Shown one piece after another: positions 50,539 to 53,939 of a stretch of DNA of 53,939 nt (position 1 is its first letter; each line of letters opens with the position of its first letter). This DNA is from an archaeon (GTDB taxonomy: Archaea; Nanobdellota; Nanobdellia; Woesearchaeales; GCA-2686295): positions 1 through 53,939 of the forward strand of contig JBDRGV010000027.1 of NCBI GenBank assembly GCA_043817405.1. Direction: 5' to 3'. Below the pieces are notes generated by a model, which was given only the letters and a program-made list of their open reading frames with translations, was not told where the DNA came from and made no database searches. A program made the position numbers and the translations under genes.

Positions 50539-51096
50539 ATGAAGAAATGTAATTGGTGTCTTGGCAATGAACTCATGGAGAAGTATCATGACGAGGAATG
50601 GGGTGTTCCGTTACATGATGACCAGAAACTCTTTGAATTCATAATATTGGAGGGTGCACAGGCAGGCTTGAGTTGGCAAACTATTCTTAACAAACGAGAA
50701 AACTATAGGAAAGTTTTTGATAATTTCAATGCAAAGAAGATTGCAAAGTATGATCAGAAGAAAGTTGAAAAACTACTTTTGAATCCCGGTATTATTAGAA
50801 ATCGGTTGAAAGTTGGCGCAGCGATTACAAATGCTAAAGCTTTTCTTGAAGTTCAAAAAGAGTTTGGTTCTTTCGACAAGTATATGTGGAATTTTGTTGG
50901 TGGAAAACCAATAAAGAACAAAATCAAGACAATAAAAGAAATTCCAGTCACAACCAAGGAATCAGATGCACTAAGCAAAGACCTTAAAGCACGTGGTTTC
51001 AAATTCGTCGGTTCAACAATCATCTACGCACATATGCAAGCAGTTGGCATGGTTAATGACCATGAAGTTAGTTGTTTTAGATACAAAGAAGTTTAA
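50539..51096 (+). CDS. tag: DNA-3-methyladenine glycosylase I
   Basis: YHDEEWG, LEGAQAGLSW, IIRNRLK and GMVNDH..C motifs. Confidence 0.97.
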   Translation: MKKCNWCLGNELMEKYHDEEWGVPLHDDQKLFEFIILEGAQAGLSWQTILNKRENYRKVFDNFNAKKIAKYDQKKVEKLLLNPGIIRNRLKVGAAITNAKAFLEVQKEFGSFDKYMWNFVGGKPIKNKIKTIKEIPVTTKESDALSKDLKARGFKFVGSTIIYAHMQAVGMVNDHEVSCFRYKEV

Positions 51097-52685
51097 GATT
51101 TCTCCATCGCAGCCTTAACTAATCCATAGAACAATGGTGCTGGTTTCAGAAGTGTTGATTTTAGTTCTGGGTGTCCTTGGCAGCCTACAAAGTATCTGTG
51201 GTATTTGAACTCCATGAACTCTGCTAGTTTTTTGTCAGGCGACATTCCTGAAAATATTAGTCCATTTTTTTCCAGCAGGCCATGAAATATGGGGTTTACT
51301 TCGTATCGATGTCTGTGTCTTTCGGAAACTTTCTCCCGACCATACAAACTAAATATTTTGCTTCCTCTCTTTAATATTGCAGGGTAAGCGCCCAGTCTCA
51401 TTGTTCCACCTTTTTCAGTCACATCTTTCTGTTCTGGCAGGATGTCTACAACTGGATTTTTAGTGTTTGGATTAACTTCTGTTGTATTAGCATCTTTTAG
51501 TCCGCAAACATTTCTTGCAAACTCTGCAACTGCTAATTGCATTCCATAACATATGCCTAGCAAAGGCTTGTCAGATTCTCTGCAGTATCTTATTACATCA
51601 ATTTTTCCTTCAATTCCACGAGTTCCAAAACCTCCTGGAATTATTACTCCGTCAAACCCATCAAGAATTTTACCCACATGTTTAATATTAGATGTTTCAA
51701 TAAATGAAATTTTAACTTTGCAATTTAGATGTGCTCCAGAATGTTTCAAGGCTTCCACAATGCTTGCATAGGAATCTTCAAGTTGAGTATACTTTCCACA
51801 AATAGCGATTTTGACTTCTCGTTCTGCTTCAACCATGTTTTTAACAAGTTTTTGCCATTTATTCATTCCGGATCGGGTATACAAACCCAGTCCTTTTCTA
51901 AGAATGTTAGCCATTCCTTCTTTTTCAAATACCAACGGAATTTTGTAAACAGTATCAACATCAAGGCCTGTTATAACTGATTCTTTTTTCACATCACAAA
52001 AAATAGCTATTTTCTCTTTTATCTTGTCATCCAACATTTTAGAACATCTACCAATTATTAAATCAGGTTTAATGCCTCGCTCACGTAAAAGATTAACACT
52101 TTGCTGTGTCGGTTTGCTTTTCTGTTCATTAACACCATAGGGTATTGGAACATAGGTTAGATGAGCATACAGAATATTTTTTTCTCCAACAAGAGATTTC
52201 ATCTGTCTAACGGCTTCAACGTATAACTCGTTTTCCATGTCACCGATTGTTCCGCCCAGTTCAACAAGCATAACATCAGCTTTTTCATCTTTGGCAATTT
52301 TCAACCACCATTCTTTAATCAGGTTAGTTACATGAGGAACGTATTGAACTGTTTTTCCCAGATAATCTCCTCTACGTTCTTTTTTTCTAACTCTGTCGAA
52401 AACCTTACCCATGGTTAGATTCCACTCAGACTTACAACTATTACCTATGAACCTTTCATAATGACCAAAATCCATGTCAACTTCGCCACCATCTTCCAGA
52501 ACAAAAACTTCTCCATGCTCAATGGGATTCATTGTGCCCGGATCAACATTAAGATAGCCATCACATTTAACCGAAACAACTTTGTATCTGGAAGACAACA
52601 GAGCGCCAATGCTGGCAGATGCGATTCCTTTCCCTAAACCCGATAGAACTCCGCCTGTAAAAACAATCCATTTTGTTCTCGGCAT
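51093..52685 (-). CDS. pyrG: CTP synthase
   Basis: GGVLSGLGKG, DPGTMNP, GICYGMQ and HPE motifs. Confidence 0.98.
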   Translation of the reverse strand: MPRTKWIVFTGGVLSGLGKGIASASIGALLSSRYKVVSVKCDGYLNVDPGTMNPIEHGEVFVLEDGGEVDMDFGHYERFIGNSCKSEWNLTMGKVFDRVRKKERRGDYLGKTVQYVPHVTNLIKEWWLKIAKDEKADVMLVELGGTIGDMENELYVEAVRQMKSLVGEKNILYAHLTYVPIPYGVNEQKSKPTQQSVNLLRERGIKPDLIIGRCSKMLDDKIKEKIAIFCDVKKESVITGLDVDTVYKIPLVFEKEGMANILRKGLGLYTRSGMNKWQKLVKNMVEAEREVKIAICGKYTQLEDSYASIVEALKHSGAHLNCKVKISFIETSNIKHVGKILDGFDGVIIPGGFGTRGIEGKIDVIRYCRESDKPLLGICYGMQLAVAEFARNVCGLKDANTTEVNPNTKNPVVDILPEQKDVTEKGGTMRLGAYPAILKRGSKIFSLYGREKVSERHRHRYEVNPIFHGLLEKNGLIFSGMSPDKKLAEFMEFKYHRYFVGCQGHPELKSTLLKPAPLFYGLVKAAMEKS

Positions 52686-52746
52686 AGATTAAGCTAGTTG
52701 TTAAACTATATAAACATTATTGTAAGGGAAAATATAAAATAAAAAA

Positions 52747-52944
52747 TTATTTCTTGAACATTTTGTACATTGGTTTGATTGCAGCAACTACTCCAATAAC
52801 CAAGTACCAGTACCAATCCAAGTAGAGTATGCCACTCCACAACTTTGCAATCATTAAAATGAAAGCCGCAGTGGTTAACTTGATTAGCGAAATGTCGCAT
52901 AATTTCAAATTCTTTATTTTTTTGTTAAAATTCTTAAAGCACAT
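52747..52944 (-). CDS. small membrane protein
   Basis: GGAGGT SD; DISLIKL...LMIAKLW...WYWY. Confidence 0.75.
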   Translation of the reverse strand: MCFKNFNKKIKNLKLCDISLIKLTTAAFILMIAKLWSGILYLDWYWYLVIGVVAAIKPMYKMFKK

Positions 52945-53011
52945 TTTTTATTACCTCCTAAATCTTGATTTCGAGGTCCAAAAATTTTTTAATTTTTTAT
53001 TACCTCCTAAA
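52943..53011. repeat. 20-bp direct repeat containing the SD, flanking a 29-bp insert
   Basis: ATTTTTTATTACCTCCTAAA at 52943..52962 and 52992..53011. Confidence 0.85.
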
Positions 53012-53029
53012 AAAATTTATTTTTTTATT

Positions 53030-53073
53030 CTTTTTTTAAAAAAAAATTAGTGGTTGGGCAGCTAACCACCAAT
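53030..53073 (-). terminator. Hairpin + T-run downstream of the Cys-rich gene
   Basis: Minus strand ATTGGTGGTTAG-CTGC-CCAACCACTAAT followed by TTTTTTTT. Confidence 0.55.
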
Positions 53074-53082
53074 CATTGTCAT

Positions 53083-53939
53083 TTATAATCTCTTGTTGTC
53101 ATTCATCTGCATTTTTAATACTGCTTCATCGACTAATTCTCGATCAACACCATTAGTAAGTACCCATGTTTTTAACTCGTCAACACTGTAGCCTTTGTTC
53201 ATGTAATTATCAAAATATGTTTGTATCTCCATAATTTTTTCATCTCTTAATACTGCGGCCATCACTGCATTAACATGCTGCTCTTTGAAACCATCTATCA
53301 TTAGTTGGTTTCTAATGTTATTCTCCTGTAATCCCTTTGATAAATAGTTGTATATGTAACTACTCATCACGCTTCTCTCTTCATCTCTCAATTCTTCTAC
53401 TTCTAATTCTTCTGCTTCTTCCTCCACAGACATTAATGTTATTGCTTTCTGTTCTCGCTTGTAAATCCATAGAGCTGCTATTCCTCCAAAGAGTGTTACT
53501 CCAACTATTATCATCCACACAAAACCAGGTATGAATTTAACTGGCATTTCTAATATGGGACATGCATTCTCACAAATTCCACCACAATCAACACCTCCTT
53601 CGTTGATGTCTTCAATGCCATTGTCACAGCTAATACATGGTATGCATGGTCCTCCACAATCTATTCCTATCTCTGCACCGTTCATCGTTCCATCTGTACA
53701 GGTGTATATTGGTTCACAGGATGCACAAACACCACCACAATCAACACCTTCTTCATTACCATTTAGTCTTCCATCGGTACAGGTTGAAACTTGGCAGGCT
53801 ATACATGGACCTCCACAATCAACACCTGTTTCTCTTTGATTTTTAATTAAATCATGACAGGTTCCACAAGCAGGACATGATCCACCACAATCAATTCCTA
53901 TTTCATTTTGATTCAATATTCCATCGGTACAGTTCGCAA
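53083..53939 (-). CDS. Cys-rich repeat membrane-anchored surface protein, C-terminal part (runs off window end)
   Basis: Five C.DG..N..E.G.DCGG.C..C-type repeats, one TM helix and a cytoplasmic helical domain; frame open to the window edge. Confidence 0.88.
   Translation of the reverse strand, partial: ANCTDGILNQNEIGIDCGGSCPACGTCHDLIKNQRETGVDCGGPCIACQVSTCTDGRLNGNEEGVDCGGVCASCEPIYTCTDGTMNGAEIGIDCGGPCIPCISCDNGIEDINEGGVDCGGICENACPILEMPVKFIPGFVWMIIVGVTLFGGIAALWIYKREQKAITLMSVEEEAEELEVEELRDEERSVMSSYIYNYLSKGLQENNIRNQLMIDGFKEQHVNAVMAAVLRDEKIMEIQTYFDNYMNKGYSVDELKTWVLTNGVDRELVDEAVLKMQMNDNKRL

Noticed and set aside
9777-53846. Numerous 60-170-aa ORFs antisense to or nested in clear genes (e.g. 13716..14156, 30701..31219, 46863..47252, 53531..53839)
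   Set aside because: They overlap well-supported genes and show antisense-codon composition.

Overview
AT-rich archaeal chromosomal segment, most likely a DPANN (Woesearchaeota/Nanobdellota-like) organism; the taxonomy is inferred from the divergent archaeal 16S and the gene set. The left end is a minus-strand rRNA operon: 16S with an 89-nt BHB intron at position 793/794, tRNA-Ala(UGC) with two introns, and the 5' end of 23S. Next comes a variable region of small accessory genes ending at an unannotated rpl41e gene, whose 3' end is present three times and brackets two single-gene cassettes. The rest is mostly housekeeping: PGI/PMI, MtaB-like methylthiotransferase, sugar-nucleotide genes, a split exosome/proteasome superoperon, tyrS, ftsZ, lig, rpl37ae-rpoP-pcc1-pfdB, an AsnB-Dph6 fusion, purine salvage, HerA, aIF5B, trm1, EF-1beta, tag and pyrG, with single accessory genes interspersed. 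The most notable signals are the rpl41e-anchored cassette array without an integrase, a ~273-nt structured ncRNA with its own promoter that fits no family I recognise, a zinc-ribbon/RelA-SpoT-type synthetase, the double-intron tRNA, an intron that destroys the 806R primer site, and a dispersed family of short hairpin elements. All product calls come from motif recognition by eye; no database searches were run.
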